A stretch of DNA of 64,000 nt from a virus. The notes under the pieces are model-generated. The model saw nothing but the letters and a program-made list of their open reading frames with translations, did no database searches and was not told the DNA's origin. The DNA lies in the IMG/VR virus record IMGVR_UViG_3300028393_004717, positions 2,971 through 66,970 of that record; one strand, 5' to 3'. Numbering within the stretch: the first letter of the stretch is position 1; the number at the start of each line of letters is the position of its first letter. A program made the translations under genes and the position numbers. Shown here piece by piece: positions 39,413 through 50,085 of this stretch.

Positions 39413-39841
39413 ATGAAAAATACATCGATTTTTTTAATTTTTATGATTTTTTTTTCAGGTTGTCAATTTATTCCACTATTTAGCCCTATTATTACAGGAA
39501 TAATCATTTGGAAAGAAGGTCAAGCACAAAAATATTATGAAATAAATACTTCAATAATGTACAGGTGCGTAAAGAATTCTCTTCGTGATTTAAATATAAA
39601 AATAACAAAAGATCAAAAAAATAAAAATGGCTATTATTTACAGGCAGAAAACAAAGACACTTTTTATATTCATATATATTATGTTAAAAAAGATGTTAGC
39701 AATGTAGCGATAAGAATAAACACATTTGGAAATAAATCCTACACAGAACTTATATATCAAAAAATTGATTCCAATATGGATATCATAAATTATGACAATA
39801 AAGGATTACCAGTAAAAATAGAAAGCTCTTATTTGGATTAA
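39413..39841 (+). CDS. DUF3568-like lipoprotein
   Basis: Lipobox FSGC; V.IRINTFGN....ELIY.KI C-terminus; SD AAGGAG. Confidence 0.65.
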   Translation: MKNTSIFLIFMIFFSGCQFIPLFSPIITGIIIWKEGQAQKYYEINTSIMYRCVKNSLRDLNIKITKDQKNKNGYYLQAENKDTFYIHIYYVKKDVSNVAIRINTFGNKSYTELIYQKIDSNMDIINYDNKGLPVKIESSYLD

Positions 39842-39844
39842 ATA

Positions 39845-40447
39845 ATGTTAAAAAATAATAATATAATAACTCGTGACAATCTTGTTGATCACACTCAAAA
39901 TTATAGTCTTGATAAAAATGAAGTTCATTTGGGTTCTATTCCACAAGATTCAATTGAAAAAATAATTGAACTAATAAATGAAAATGATTTAAAAAATGGA
40001 TTACAAATTGGTGGATTTGTCGGAATAACTCATTGCTGTCTTGCTTATGCCCTTAAAGACAAGGGAACCATGTGTACAATAGATCCAAATATTGAACATC
40101 GTAAAATAAAAAGACCAATGGATATAGCAATAATAATGGCTACAGAATATAAATTAATGAAAAACTCTATGTTTATTTGTGGTTATGCCCAACAACAAAT
40201 GGAAATATTTTATTCTTTGGGATTAAAATTCGATTTTATTTTGATTGATGGTGATCATCAAGAAAATATTTATAGCGAGATTGAACAAGCGGATAGAATC
40301 TTGAAAACTAATGGGTTGTTAATCATTGATGATATCGATCATTGGGATTTCCCTAAAAAATCATATGAAAACTTCCCATTAGAATCTCGCTATAAAAAAA
40401 TACCAGTAAACAAAAGAATAGGCGTTCTTAGCAAACTTTCCTGCTAA
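39845..40447 (+). CDS. Class I SAM methyltransferase (Methyltransf_24-like)
   Basis: LQIGGFVG, TIDP, FDFILIDGDH, GLLIIDD. Confidence 0.8.
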   Translation: MLKNNNIITRDNLVDHTQNYSLDKNEVHLGSIPQDSIEKIIELINENDLKNGLQIGGFVGITHCCLAYALKDKGTMCTIDPNIEHRKIKRPMDIAIIMATEYKLMKNSMFICGYAQQQMEIFYSLGLKFDFILIDGDHQENIYSEIEQADRILKTNGLLIIDDIDHWDFPKKSYENFPLESRYKKIPVNKRIGVLSKLSC

Positions 40448-42086
40448 TCAACGATCCTATTGTTCTACAAATTTTAGAACAAATTGTACTTGATGTATAA
40501 CATCCTCTTTTTACAGCAACTGGCTCTTCTTGTGGAGAGCAACTGCAATCTACAGTAACGCCTTTAGAGCCACAGCCAGCGTTATTCTGTCCTTTCCATG
40601 GCTTGCCGTACTCTGGAGCATTTGGATCACAAGCATTATTTGGATTGCATTTACAAACAATTTTCTTTCTTAAAAGTTTATTGTTTATAACTTCAAACAT
40701 GTGAGAATCATCTTCTCCAATAAGATTATTTTCACTCAATGAATTAACACAAGAATTTGCCATTTCATTAACTTCTTCTTCGGTAGTTTCAATCGAATGA
40801 ACTAAATTCTTATTTTTATCAAACATATACATATTTCTGCAAGGAACTTCTACAGTCATATCTTTTTTGTTTGATAAGATTGAAACTTCTTTTTTGATTT
40901 TAACTTGTGATGCTGATTGTGTTTTTAAAACAAATCCATCATCACAAATGATTTTCTTTACTTCTAGTTTATTTTCCTTTATGATACTTTCATAACTTTT
41001 ATTAGAAAGTACTTGAAGAGTTACTGAAATTATATTCCTTTTAATAAAAACTTTTCTTAAAACACTTGCATATTTTGAATTATTTTTCGAACTATCATAA
41101 TTCAACATTTGCAAAGCGGCAGAATTATAAAACTTGATGGTATCTGCAAATTGACAAGCATACAAAATATATGTTACTGCTGTATCTCTAGCAGATTTAA
41201 GTGCTGGCAAGGGTTGCATGCCACTAGACATATTTTGTTTGAATATTTCAATCATACATTCATACCAAGTTCCAGTCCACACTCTGCTAAAGCTATGTGG
41301 TTCATTAGATAGTTGATCATTAGGGCTATCTGCTGGTAATTTTTTAGGATCAGCATAAATGAAATCGTTAACTGCATCACGAAGAAAATATTGATATGTA
41401 TTATCCCCAGTCACATCAAATATTGCCTTGCCCAATTCTTCGGCCAATCTTGATATGATATTGGATTTAGAAAGATCGTTATTTGTTTGCGTTAAAGCTT
41501 TTTGAAGTATTTGGTCATATTGCATAATATTTGAAATAGCTGAAATATCACCAAAAGATTCATGAAAAGCCCAAGCCTCATATGATTGTGCATTCCAAAG
41601 ATCTGGTCTGAGTATGTCTAAGAAAGCATGTCCGAATTCGTGAGACACAATATCTGCTGATTCTGCTGTATATACCGTTTTCTTAGTTACAGTATCAATA
41701 TCGTAAAAGAATTTAAGATTAGATCTATCATAATATGCATTAAAATCTTTACCTGCTCTTGGCAACACATTTAAAGTATTTGTAGCTGCCCATTTTGTAA
41801 ATGTCTTTTTTGTTTTGTTTTGCGAGATTAAATATTTCGCAGTATTTTGAATAGTCACATAGCAACTTGCTGCTTGGCCTTGCAGTGAGTGCATATCATA
41901 TCCAGCACCAACATATCCTTGTACATTCAATTTAAGCGAACATGCAGTTGGTGGAACAATTTTAACACCTTGTTCTGGTGTAGTCGGGTCATTCAAAAGA
42001 TAATCTATTGTTTTTACGGGTGTAGCAGCAATTTTGTTTTTCGCTGTACATACAGATTTAAAAATGTTTTTTATCCAGTTTAACAT
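40428..42086 (-). CDS. Thermolysin/fungalysin-type (M4/M36) zinc metalloprotease with Cys-rich tail
   Basis: NAYY, DIVSHEFGH, AFHESFGD, EPH; start MLNWIK after GGAGG. Confidence 0.85.
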   Translation of the reverse strand: MLNWIKNIFKSVCTAKNKIAATPVKTIDYLLNDPTTPEQGVKIVPPTACSLKLNVQGYVGAGYDMHSLQGQAASCYVTIQNTAKYLISQNKTKKTFTKWAATNTLNVLPRAGKDFNAYYDRSNLKFFYDIDTVTKKTVYTAESADIVSHEFGHAFLDILRPDLWNAQSYEAWAFHESFGDISAISNIMQYDQILQKALTQTNNDLSKSNIISRLAEELGKAIFDVTGDNTYQYFLRDAVNDFIYADPKKLPADSPNDQLSNEPHSFSRVWTGTWYECMIEIFKQNMSSGMQPLPALKSARDTAVTYILYACQFADTIKFYNSAALQMLNYDSSKNNSKYASVLRKVFIKRNIISVTLQVLSNKSYESIIKENKLEVKKIICDDGFVLKTQSASQVKIKKEVSILSNKKDMTVEVPCRNMYMFDKNKNLVHSIETTEEEVNEMANSCVNSLSENNLIGEDDSHMFEVINNKLLRKKIVCKCNPNNACDPNAPEYGKPWKGQNNAGCGSKGVTVDCSCSPQEEPVAVKRGCYTSSTICSKICRTIGSLISRKVC

Positions 42087-42171
42087 GATTGCCTCCTTGG
42101 AATAATGTGATATAATATATAATAATGTAAGATTATATATAAATTTAATATTTACATAATATGGAAACAAT

Positions 42172-42705
42172 ATGCACAATAGAGAGAAGTTAATACAAGA
42201 GCAAAGAACAATAGAGGCCATGAAAAAAGGATATATTGGATATGAAGGAAAGTTTGCCTACATAGCTAAAAAATTAGGATACCCAATTATATCACAGGGT
42301 GGAGGCAATTATAACCAAACATTTCTAGATGATTTTTATGACTTTAATGATATTGATGATGGTAAAAACGAATTGCCAATAATGGATGAAAATGAATCTA
42401 TAAGTGAAATTGGAATGTCTTATGAGGGATTGCAATTTGGAAAAAATTTAACCATTATTTTGCTATACGGAAATGCAGATATAACAGTTAGACATGAGAG
42501 CAACCTTGTTTATAAGGAGGTTGCTGGAGAACTTGAAGGATTTGTTCCTAATGAAATATGGGAAAATCATATTGACCAAATGTACGAATATGCAAAAAAA
42601 ATAGAAAAGAAAAAAAGACCTTTAGAAAATGAGGATTTGGAAAAAAAAGCAAATAAAAAGAAAAAAGAAATATTAGATGATCTTAAGAAAAAATGGGGAA
42701 TATGA
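42172..42705 (+). CDS. Hypothetical protein
   Basis: 177-aa ORF that begins a plus-strand unit. Confidence 0.65.
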   Translation: MHNREKLIQEQRTIEAMKKGYIGYEGKFAYIAKKLGYPIISQGGGNYNQTFLDDFYDFNDIDDGKNELPIMDENESISEIGMSYEGLQFGKNLTIILLYGNADITVRHESNLVYKEVAGELEGFVPNEIWENHIDQMYEYAKKIEKKKRPLENEDLEKKANKKKKEILDDLKKKWGI

Positions 42706-43061
42706 TGGAAAATATATATAAATCACTTTTGAACCTTGGTTTTATCATATATGAGGATAAAAATGAATTTTTTTTACAAAAAGTTTCTTTGCCACATAGT
42801 CCTAAAATGATATCTCAAATTAGTTTTGCAACATATGATGAAGCGTTAAATTTTGCAAAATCTGTTGTAGATATTGAAAAAAAAACGAATTACAAAGCTC
42901 TAATTAGATATAGACAAGGATTAGGCGTAGAATATGTTACTGTGCCTAGTATTGTTGCCAAGGATGAGAAGGAAGCCGAAATAATTGCTTTAGAAAAAAG
43001 CGGATTACTTAAAAATTTGAAAGCTAAGATAATAGAAATAAAAATAAGGTTTCAAAATTAA
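42702..43061 (+). CDS. Hypothetical protein
   Basis: ATGA overlap with the upstream stop. Confidence 0.6.
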   Translation: MMENIYKSLLNLGFIIYEDKNEFFLQKVSLPHSPKMISQISFATYDEALNFAKSVVDIEKKTNYKALIRYRQGLGVEYVTVPSIVAKDEKEAEIIALEKSGLLKNLKAKIIEIKIRFQN

Positions 43062-43076
43062 AATCCATGGCATAAA

Positions 43077-43084
43077 TATAAATA
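43077..43084 (+). promoter_or_regulatory. T4-type late promoter TATAAATA
   Basis: Exact consensus in the intergenic region, about 30 nt before the ATG at 43114. Confidence 0.5.
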
Positions 43085-43113
43085 GATGTCACTTTATATA
43101 ATCAAGGGGAACT

Positions 43114-43659
43114 ATGAATAATCAAAATGTAGAAAAATGGACTTTAGAAGACGGAAGAAAAGCAGAAAAAAGAATTTCTGAGAGCGTCAATCATTCTGAT
43201 TTGACCAGTGAAAAAATTGTAGAACTTCACATGGAAGATGAAAGACCTTTGAAGCTTAAACAAAGAATAGTCGAAAAGACTAAGCCTGTACTTTATGAAC
43301 GCAAGATTGAAACCTTGGATGCACAAGGCAATGTTGTCGATGTCAAAGTAGAATCGGCAGAACCAAAAATTCCAATGCAACTTGTTGAACATATTGCGTT
43401 GGCCAACAATCATGTTGCTGCCCAAGGGTGCAAAGCTGCTTGCAAAAAAGGCTTAACGAAAGAAGATTTGGCAGAAGCATTTGCAACAGCACTAAAATCA
43501 GTAAAGTCTGAAAATTGCAACTTAAATAGCCTTGGAATCGCAGATCAAATTGCTGAAAGAGTTAATGGAGATTCCGATAATAATCTTACAAACAAGATTT
43601 TAATTGGAATTATTGTTCTTTTAGTTGTTGGTTTGGGATACATGTTATTTGCAATGTAA
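43114..43659 (+). CDS. C-terminally membrane-anchored hypothetical protein
   Basis: SD AAGGGG; terminal TM ILIGIIVLLVVGLGYMLFAM. Confidence 0.7.
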   Translation: MNNQNVEKWTLEDGRKAEKRISESVNHSDLTSEKIVELHMEDERPLKLKQRIVEKTKPVLYERKIETLDAQGNVVDVKVESAEPKIPMQLVEHIALANNHVAAQGCKAACKKGLTKEDLAEAFATALKSVKSENCNLNSLGIADQIAERVNGDSDNNLTNKILIGIIVLLVVGLGYMLFAM

Positions 43660-43685
43660 TGAATCTAAAGAGATAAAATCAAATT

Positions 43686-43715
43686 GGGGGAAGCTTCACA
43701 ACTTCCCCTTTTTTT
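43686..43715 (+). terminator. Intrinsic terminator
   Basis: ggggaag-cttcacaa-cttcccc-ttttttt. Confidence 0.85.
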
Positions 43716-43819
43716 CTATTCATATTTTCAAAAACAAAGAAATTTTATCAATTCATAAAAAAGTTTCTATCGCAGAATTGGAAGATAGTGCAGAAAATTG
43801 GTCTCTAAGAGAATTTTCT

Positions 43820-45751
43820 TTACGCCTTCCTGATTCCAAAGGTAGTCTCATATCCAGCGGAAACATATAACCAGTTGGTGTCTGCCATAATTGTTTGAAC
43901 TGGGGATGATCTATCAACATTTGTGTTGTCTCCCAATCGACCACTGCCATTGTCGCCCCAAACCCAACATGTTCCATCATTCTTAATCGCAGCGGAATGA
44001 TCCTGTCCTCCGTCAACCTGTTTCCAATCAGTTCCATATGTAACCGTTTGAACTGGTGAAGATCTATTAGTTGTTGTTTCGTCACCTAATTGACCATTAC
44101 CGTTACTTCCCCAAGTCCAGCATGTTCCATTATTCTTGATAGCAAGCATGTGATTGTCGCCACAAGAAATTTGTTTCCAATCGGTTCCTCCAGCTATGGT
44201 TTGAACTGGTGAAGATTTATTGCCTGTTGTTTCATCGCCCAATTGACCATCATTATTCTCGCCCCAAGTCCAACATGTTCCATTGTTCTTTATTGCTGCG
44301 GTAAATTTTTCTCCACAAGAAACGGATTTCCAGTCAGTTCCGCCACATATCGTCTGTATTGGCGATGATTTATCATCAGTTGTATTGTCGCCTAATTGAC
44401 CATCTTCATTATAACCCCACATCCAAAGAGTTCCATTGTTTTTTATTGCTGCCGTGTGGTTGCCACCAGAAGCAACTTGTTTCCAATCAGTTCCACCGCA
44501 TACTGTTTGAACTGGTGATGATTTATCAACAGTTGTTTCATCACCGATTTCTCCACTATTATTGTAACCCCAAAGCCATAATGTTCCATCAGTCTTTATT
44601 GCAGCACAATGTTCATAGTAAGTTCCGACCACCATTGTTTTCCAATCAGTTCCGCCACAAATGGTTTGTACTGGTGATGATTTCTGAATAGTTGTATTAT
44701 CTCCCAAACCGCCATCGTTATTCTGACCCCAAGTCCAAAGTGTTCCATCATCTTTCAAACCAGCGATGTTATAGTAGCCACAATTGATTTCAACCCAATT
44801 GCTGCCACCACAAATAGTCTGCACTGGAGATGACCTGTCATCTGTTGTATTGTCGCCAAGTTCACCATCATTATTGTAACCAACACCCCATACTGTTCCA
44901 ATGATTGGTGTGACAGGAGTTACAGGAGGTGTGATCAAGTCATCAGATGTGAGAACATGTGGTATCTGAAAAACTTCATCAGGTTGGGTGTTTGTGTCGG
45001 TAAAAGTGTAGATGGTCTTTCTTGCTAGATCGCCAACCAATGCACCTGCTGGATATTCGATTATCTCGACAATTCTTCCTTCGTAATCTACGGTTTGTTT
45101 CTTGAATGTGTATATGCCAGAAGCACGACCACGCAACAGTTCCCAATCTGCTTTTGGGCTGGCTGGATTGAAACCACCTTCTGAAATAATTTGAGCATCG
45201 AATTCGTTTTCTGGATCAAGTTCTATTAAATGGGCAAGGCTTAAAGGAAATGTAAATCTATTGTCTATGGTATCTCTTGAGAAAAAAGACATTATTTCGC
45301 CAACAGGTGCTTTCTTATTGAATCTTAAAATTCTTTCAGCAGATGTGTTTGAGATATACATTTTGACAATACGCTTTGGGCGATTTTGCTTTGCAACAAT
45401 CAAAACATGATTTTTTATTCCATTTTTTGATACTCTGGCTTCAAACATGCTTGCAAAATTTGCATCTGCATTTAAAGAACTAACAACTTCGTATGCAGTC
45501 ACTTGATTGGAGTTTAGGCCACTAATATTTATCTCTACAGAAGACCAATTCCTAAATTCTTCATCCCAAGCATAATTTATCTTTATCGTATTATAAACGG
45601 AGAAATCAAATGGGTCATGATTCCAACTATAGGTAAAATCTTGTGTATTTTGATTTGCAGCAATTTTAAATGTCAGCGAATATTGACGATCATTGCCCGT
45701 ATTGAGATATCCCTGATATTCTTGTGCGAAAACATTTTGAAAAAATGACAT
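43820..45751 (-). CDS. RCC1-repeat beta-propeller protein with unknown N-terminal domain, putative virion protein
   Basis: Seven repeats of WG.N..GQLGD.TT..KSSPVQT..GGTDWKQV..G..H..AIK.DGT after a TPPVTPVTP linker. Confidence 0.9.
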   Translation of the reverse strand: MSFFQNVFAQEYQGYLNTGNDRQYSLTFKIAANQNTQDFTYSWNHDPFDFSVYNTIKINYAWDEEFRNWSSVEINISGLNSNQVTAYEVVSSLNADANFASMFEARVSKNGIKNHVLIVAKQNRPKRIVKMYISNTSAERILRFNKKAPVGEIMSFFSRDTIDNRFTFPLSLAHLIELDPENEFDAQIISEGGFNPASPKADWELLRGRASGIYTFKKQTVDYEGRIVEIIEYPAGALVGDLARKTIYTFTDTNTQPDEVFQIPHVLTSDDLITPPVTPVTPIIGTVWGVGYNNDGELGDNTTDDRSSPVQTICGGSNWVEINCGYYNIAGLKDDGTLWTWGQNNDGGLGDNTTIQKSSPVQTICGGTDWKTMVVGTYYEHCAAIKTDGTLWLWGYNNSGEIGDETTVDKSSPVQTVCGGTDWKQVASGGNHTAAIKNNGTLWMWGYNEDGQLGDNTTDDKSSPIQTICGGTDWKSVSCGEKFTAAIKNNGTCWTWGENNDGQLGDETTGNKSSPVQTIAGGTDWKQISCGDNHMLAIKNNGTCWTWGSNGNGQLGDETTTNRSSPVQTVTYGTDWKQVDGGQDHSAAIKNDGTCWVWGDNGSGRLGDNTNVDRSSPVQTIMADTNWLYVSAGYETTFGIRKA

Positions 45752-45845
45752 TTTTAACCTCTTTTTTTAAAAACTCTACAAATTTATGTAGTAATTATCT
45801 ATGAAAATATTTTGATCTATTAGATATTAGAGAAAGATCAAAAAA

Positions 45846-45873
45846 ATAAGACAGGATATTATTCCTGTCTTAT
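45846..45873 (-). terminator. Intrinsic terminator
   Basis: ataagacagga...tcctgtcttat with a T-run on the minus strand. Confidence 0.75.
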
Positions 45874-45891
45874 GAAAATTATAAAAATAGT

Positions 45892-46338
45892 TTATTGTGC
45901 AAATGTTGTATAAACTGGTTGTTCGTAAACTTTATAAGGTATTCCGCATCTAATGATTTTATCAGTATATCCAATTATTGTTGGTTGATTAACGATAATT
46001 TGTTCCTGTACATTAGTAGGAACCATTATATTATATCCATTAACACATTGTGGCATAAGAACACACTTGTTTAAAACTACTACTTTGGCAAAATTTTGGG
46101 TAATTGGCACTTTTTCGACCCATACTCTTTTGCGGTATGTAACAGCATAATCTCGAAATTCAAATTTCAAAAAACAACCATTGCAAACATGAACTAACTT
46201 TTTTTCAATTTTAGTTTCTTCTACAAATGATATTTGTACATCATTTGTAGTCATATTAAAAATTCTACTTATAATACCATCATCGGCATAAGATAATGAT
46301 GGAACAAAACACATTACAATTACAAAAAAATACTTCAT
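45892..46338 (-). CDS. Exported Val/Cys-rich protein
   Basis: Signal peptide ending SYA-D; V/T/P/C-rich strands. Confidence 0.55.
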   Translation of the reverse strand: MKYFFVIVMCFVPSLSYADDGIISRIFNMTTNDVQISFVEETKIEKKLVHVCNGCFLKFEFRDYAVTYRKRVWVEKVPITQNFAKVVVLNKCVLMPQCVNGYNIMVPTNVQEQIIVNQPTIIGYTDKIIRCGIPYKVYEQPVYTTFAQ

Positions 46339-46453
46339 ATTTTACTTCTTTCTACAAAAAATTAAATCCACAAAAATAAATTACCACAAAAAAAACAATA
46401 CTACAATATTTTTTGTATATTTTATAAAATATTTCAATACTCATACAAATTAT

Positions 46454-46636
46454 CTATTTTGACTTTGATAAATTAAAACAAACTTTGCAAGGAAGATTTT
46501 TAATTTTTTCATATCTGCTTTTAGAAATTGGAAATGGTGTTAATTTTTCATCAAAAACAAAATTATGACCACATTCCAAACAAATACGATATTTGTTGAA
46601 TTGTAAAAATTGAGTCTTTATAATTTTTTTCAACAT
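46454..46636 (-). CDS. Small zinc-ribbon protein
   Basis: CLECG...CKVC. Confidence 0.5.
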   Translation of the reverse strand: MLKKIIKTQFLQFNKYRICLECGHNFVFDEKLTPFPISKSRYEKIKNLPCKVCFNLSKSK

Positions 46637-46638
46637 AA

Positions 46639-47100
46639 TTAAAATCCAGAATTAATGCCACGAATAATTTGTTTTAATTCGTCAACATCTAATCTGCTTT
46701 CTTCTATTTGTTTTTCAAGAAATATATGAATCCAGTCACCATCAACTGTCTTCAAATCTTCAGCTTGGTGCATTCTTGTTGAGTAATTAGAAACTACTTC
46801 CTCTTCAAGTGTCAAGGCTTGTTTCAATATATCTGCTGGATTCTTTAATTTTGGTAATTTTTCATAATAGGGTATATTGGTTATTTCAATACCAAGCCCA
46901 ATTAGAAGATCACTAAATTGACTTACATGCCTTAATTCTTTGCCGGATTCCTCTAAAAAATGTTCTTTATATTCTTTTGAGTGTAATCCTTGAACTAAAG
47001 CAGCACTTTGCAGATAAAAATGCAAGTGAGTTAGTTCATTGCGAAGATCGCTTGCCAACAAGGTGTAAAGTTCTTCTTTGGTTATCATTTTTTTCTCCAT
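46639..47100 (-). CDS. Ferritin-like (bacterioferritin-family) protein
   Basis: DLRNEL....Y, EESGKELRH, L.LEEE...Y, IEES four-helix di-iron pattern. Confidence 0.85.
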   Translation of the reverse strand: MEKKMITKEELYTLLASDLRNELTHLHFYLQSAALVQGLHSKEYKEHFLEESGKELRHVSQFSDLLIGLGIEITNIPYYEKLPKLKNPADILKQALTLEEEVVSNYSTRMHQAEDLKTVDGDWIHIFLEKQIEESRLDVDELKQIIRGINSGF

Positions 47101-48191
47101 TCGTTAAAGTTTTTAATTCCATGATCGTGATCGTAATTCATTTCTTTAAAGTCACTATGATTGAATACTGGTTTCTTTTCTTCCTGTGATATCTTCCAAA
47201 TTAATTCTAGTGCATATTTTGAAATATTTTCTATACCATTGTAATTTAATTTATCTGCCGTGTCTTGTGGTGTGTGATAATAATCATGTCCTCCAGTATG
47301 GAGAAATGCTATTGGTATTTTTTTATTATAAAAGCTTGCATGATCGCTTCCGCTAGTTCCTCTAGTAGTTATACTTTTTGCAAAGTTATATTTATCACTA
47401 AGCTCACCGATATATTTTGTAATATCTACAGAGCTATTTAAATCAGAGAAACCTGCAAGCTGCTTTCCTTTTTTAAGGTATCCAATCATATCCATATTAA
47501 GCATAAATGTATGATTTTTTATATTAGGATTATCTTGTGGGAATAATGGGTTGTTTACATAATATAGGCTACCAAGCAATCCCATTTCTTCTGCTGAAAA
47601 AGCTATAAACAAAATTGTTCTTTTGTTTTTAAGCTTTGACATACCTTTAGCGATTTCAAGTAAGGCAGCAGTACCAGATGCATTATCGTCAGCACCAGGG
47701 TGTATTTTTATTTTTGATTGCATGCTCATTTGAGGCCCATAACCGATATGATCCATATGTGCGCCAACAACTATAATTTCATCTTTTAAATTTTCTTCTT
47801 TGCCTTCTGACCATGCTAAAATATTATTTGTAAAATCATCTCCAGATTCTTTATTTGGCCCATAATTTAATTTTTTGATTGGGAATTTTTGATATTTTGA
47901 TTTATAGCCATAAGACTCAAATTTGTTTTTAATAAATTCTGCTGCTAAAATGTTTCCCTTTTTACCAGACATTCTTCCTTCAAGCTCTTGAGATGCTAAA
48001 TATTCAACAGTTTTTTGGGAAGAATCGCTTGTTATTTTAGATAAACCTTCATTTAAAGATTCAAATTTTTGAGGTTCATTATCAAGTTTTTCATTATTTT
48101 CTTGAAATTCTTTTATATTTGTCGTTTTAGAAATGTAAACAATTAAAAGCATAAATCCTAATGCTAATATTGTAATTTGTAATTTTTTCAT
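47085..48191 (-). CDS. Membrane-anchored/exported M28 family peptidase
   Basis: LASQELEGR, GAHMDHIG, GADDNASG, FSAEEMGLLGS, NMDMIG, SDH, YHTP.D. Confidence 0.93.
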   Translation of the reverse strand: MKKLQITILALGFMLLIVYISKTTNIKEFQENNEKLDNEPQKFESLNEGLSKITSDSSQKTVEYLASQELEGRMSGKKGNILAAEFIKNKFESYGYKSKYQKFPIKKLNYGPNKESGDDFTNNILAWSEGKEENLKDEIIVVGAHMDHIGYGPQMSMQSKIKIHPGADDNASGTAALLEIAKGMSKLKNKRTILFIAFSAEEMGLLGSLYYVNNPLFPQDNPNIKNHTFMLNMDMIGYLKKGKQLAGFSDLNSSVDITKYIGELSDKYNFAKSITTRGTSGSDHASFYNKKIPIAFLHTGGHDYYHTPQDTADKLNYNGIENISKYALELIWKISQEEKKPVFNHSDFKEMNYDHDHGIKNFNEWRKK

Positions 48192-48267
48192 GATATCTCC
48201 CAAATAAAATTTCATTTTCCTATATATTTTAAAGTAGTTTCACAAAAAAAGAAAGTCATTTAAAATA

Positions 48268-50082
48268 ATGAGTTTACCAGAATTTTTAAAAAATCAATCT
48301 GATTCCGTTTGGAGATTGAAATATAAATCCTTAAAGCAATATTACGCAAGTGAATATAATTCTAAATATTATTCATTTGACAAATATCAATTGGAAATAG
48401 ATCCAGATGAAACCATGGAATATGTTGAAAAATATGATGCAAATAGAAGGCAATTAGAAATCATAAAGTGTTGTCATAGTTTTTCTTATTTTTGTCACAA
48501 ATATGTAAAGATTCTACATCCAACAAAAGGACTTGTTCCTTTTATAATGTTTAAATACCAGCACAAAGTAATAAGTGACTATGTGAATCATAGATTCAAT
48601 ATTATTTCAAAGTTTCGTCAAGGTGGTTTAACAACAGTTACTCTTTTGTGGGGCATGTGGAAATGCATGTTTCAAACCGATCAACAAATTATGCTATTAT
48701 CAAAAACAGATAGAGAAGCTACAGATATTGGAATGATGATTGATCGTGCTTCTGAAAATATACCAGATTGGCTCAGGCCGAAAAAAGATGGAAAATGGAA
48801 TGACCATTTGAAAATGTTTACCGAAACTGGAAGTTCTTTGAAGTTTTATTCTCCTCAAGCAGCCCGTGGAAAATCAGTTACATTTTTAATTATTGACGAA
48901 GTTGCGTTTATCGAAGATATGGACAAGCATTGGAAAGCTATGTGGCCTGTGCTTTCTACTGGTGGTAGTTGTGCCTTGGTATCCACTGTAAATGGTATCG
49001 GCAATTGGTATCATCAGACATATATTGAAGCCAGAGAGAAAAGAAATTTATTTCATATTATAGATTTAGATTATTGGGAACATCCAGATTACAACAATCC
49101 TAAGTGGGCATCGGAACAAAAAGCTCAGTTGGGAGAAAAAGGTTTTTTACAAGAAGTTTTGAGAGAGTTTTTGGGAACTGGTGAGACTTATTTTTCATCC
49201 AAGATAGTTCGAGAGCTTACAGAACAAACCATAAACAACAATCCAAATAGAAAATTATTTGCAAAGTGGTGCAATCTTATGGGATTTGCAGCAATTTGTG
49301 AATCAGAAGAGAATAAAGGTGCTTTGTGGGTATGGAAAGAGCCAGTTGAAGGTCACGAATATATTATTGGTGCAGATTGTGCAGAAGGTCAGGGGGAAAA
49401 CAATGATAATAGTTGTTTTCAAGTAATTGACATGTTGACTTTAGAACAAGTTGCAGAATTTTATTCAAATACCATACCTCCACATCTATTTGCACAAACA
49501 TTAAAAGAAGTTGGAATTTACTATAATAATTCACTTATGGTTGTTGAAAATATGGGGCCTGGTATAGCTGTTTTAAATAATTTACAAAATCAATTGTATT
49601 ATGACAATTTGTATTTTGATTCGACCAAGTCTAATTCTAGGGCTGGTATAAAAATGGGTCAGGTGAATCGCCCATTGTTTCTTGAAACTTTACAAAATAA
49701 ATTAATGAATCAACAAATAAGAATAAATAGTATTAGATTTACAAATGAACTTGGTACATTTGAATATAATTCAACGACTAAAAAAGCACAAGCTCAAAAA
49801 GGAAAGCACGATGACGCTATCATGTCAATGTGCATGGCATTATATGTTAGAGATTCCATGATGCAAGATATTCCATTAGGGGCTTCTATTGATACGAACA
49901 GAATTGACAAAATAAATAATGAAGTTTACGAAGAAATAAAAAGAGAACTAGAAGAGGGCAAACCAGAGGACATTCTTAAAATTACAAAATCTAGTTTATT
50001 TGATGAAGATGATATCTATAATTCTGATGGCGTTTCCTTCAGAAGAAAAAATGAAAGTTTGCTAAGAGAGTTCGGATGGTAA
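48268..50082 (+). CDS. gp17: Terminase large subunit, T4 gp17-like
   Basis: YFCHKYVKI.HP..G, KFRQGG.TT, IIDEVAF, VSTVNG.GN, GADCAEG, VVEN.G.G, HDDAIMS. Confidence 0.95.
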   Translation: MSLPEFLKNQSDSVWRLKYKSLKQYYASEYNSKYYSFDKYQLEIDPDETMEYVEKYDANRRQLEIIKCCHSFSYFCHKYVKILHPTKGLVPFIMFKYQHKVISDYVNHRFNIISKFRQGGLTTVTLLWGMWKCMFQTDQQIMLLSKTDREATDIGMMIDRASENIPDWLRPKKDGKWNDHLKMFTETGSSLKFYSPQAARGKSVTFLIIDEVAFIEDMDKHWKAMWPVLSTGGSCALVSTVNGIGNWYHQTYIEAREKRNLFHIIDLDYWEHPDYNNPKWASEQKAQLGEKGFLQEVLREFLGTGETYFSSKIVRELTEQTINNNPNRKLFAKWCNLMGFAAICESEENKGALWVWKEPVEGHEYIIGADCAEGQGENNDNSCFQVIDMLTLEQVAEFYSNTIPPHLFAQTLKEVGIYYNNSLMVVENMGPGIAVLNNLQNQLYYDNLYFDSTKSNSRAGIKMGQVNRPLFLETLQNKLMNQQIRINSIRFTNELGTFEYNSTTKKAQAQKGKHDDAIMSMCMALYVRDSMMQDIPLGASIDTNRIDKINNEVYEEIKRELEEGKPEDILKITKSSLFDEDDIYNSDGVSFRRKNESLLREFGW

Positions 50083-50085
50083 ATT

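Noticed and set aside
43820-44900. RCC1 repeats as a diversity-generating retroelement or CRISPR array
   Set aside because: In-frame protein repeats with variation at all bases; no reverse transcriptase, template repeat or repeat-spacer structure in the window.
48601-48650. Terminase Walker A lacking Lys (RQGGLTT)
   Set aside because: Hydrophobic substitution here is, to my knowledge, common in gp17-like terminases of large phages, and all other motifs are intact.
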